Shown in pieces: positions 31,834 through 32,000 of a stretch of 32,000 nt of DNA. Location of the stretch: the NCBI RefSeq assembly GCF_020969955.1, contig NZ_JAHDSX010000003.1, forward strand, positions 30,001 to 62,000, written 5' to 3'. Every line of letters begins with the position of its first letter. Position 1 is the stretch's first letter. This DNA is from Allobaculum fili (GTDB lineage Bacteria; Bacillota_I; Bacilli_A; Erysipelotrichales; Erysipelotrichaceae). Under the pieces are notes generated by a model. It was not told the DNA's origin and did not search any database. It was given only the letters and a program-made list of their open reading frames with translations. Position numbers and translations under genes: made by a program.

Positions 31834-32000
31834 TTAATCCTCCTGATCCTTCAGGCCGCTTTTTTCTACGACCTTCATTTCATAAGGTTCCAGACGTTTT
31901 TTATCGATGCTCGTCACAAAGGGAAACGGCGAATGAATGACCGTTCCGTCCGGGAACGAGACAAAGACGGGATCTTCCGGTTCTTCCAGCAAATATGCCG
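31834..32000 (-). CDS. 3' end of an unidentified gene, translationally coupled to the 1538-aa gene (partial, 55 codons)
   Basis: My own minus-strand translation gives ...AYLLEEPEDPVFVSFPDGTVIHSPFPFVTSIDKKRLEPYEMKVVEKSGLKDQED*. The stop TAA at 31834-31836 lies inside the RBS region, 4 nt before the ATG at 31829. The frame stays open to the window edge. Confidence 0.6.
   Translation of the reverse strand, partial: AYLLEEPEDPVFVSFPDGTVIHSPFPFVTSIDKKRLEPYEMKVVEKSGLKDQED

Noticed and set aside
1-32000. Search by eye for tRNA/rRNA genes, CRISPR arrays, prophage or integrase genes, and toxin-antitoxin pairs.
   Set aside because: I found no T-loop/acceptor-like tRNA signatures, no rRNA-like conserved blocks and no regularly spaced direct repeats. 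The only tandem repeat is the 2 x 21-bp unit. No integrase or recombinase ORF is present, only the OrfA remnant.

Overview
A 32-kb chromosomal segment that looks like a Bacillota (Clostridia-like) genome. This is inferred from AGGAGG-type RBSs, a lipobox lipoprotein, PrsA-like foldases and T7SSb-type genes. I call 26 CDS, 22 of them on the minus strand. I found no rRNA, tRNA or CRISPR array.

Layout:
(1) 1-2452: a compact suf Fe-S operon (sufC, a short SufB/D-like gene, sufS truncated by the window edge).
(2) 2453-3160: a roughly 700-bp non-coding spacer with a perfect 2 x 21-bp tandem repeat and a near-consensus sigmaA-type promoter.
(3) 3161-5195: two tandem PrsA-like foldase genes.
(4) 5408-5776: an orphan IS3-like OrfA remnant.
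(5) 5908-16859: an 11-kb, tightly coupled, non-canonical type VII secretion (T7SSb-like) locus.
(6) 16963-22000: ordinary-looking genes (membrane protein, NUDIX, TPR membrane protein, hypothetical, transglutaminase-like).
(7) 22339-26917: one transcription unit encoding an 863-aa membrane protein, a DUF4062/TIR-like protein and an IMPase-family phosphatase.
(8) 27213-32000: a separate unit with a 1538-aa polytopic membrane protein ending in a Zn-ribbon plus DA1-like HExxH metallopeptidase. It is translationally coupled to an upstream gene that runs off the window.

The T7SS-like locus contains an FHA protein, a kinase-like single-pass membrane protein in the EssB position, a 641-aa tail-anchored protein, a short EssC-like ATPase and a YukD-sized protein. 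It also contains two WXG100-type proteins, a 60-aa helical protein, a 268-aa Gly/Ala-rich candidate effector and a DUF4176 protein.

The best candidates for something undescribed are the kinase/FHA-equipped T7SS variant with its effector module, and the two large-membrane-protein units at the right end. All homology statements come from motif recognition by eye. No database search was run.
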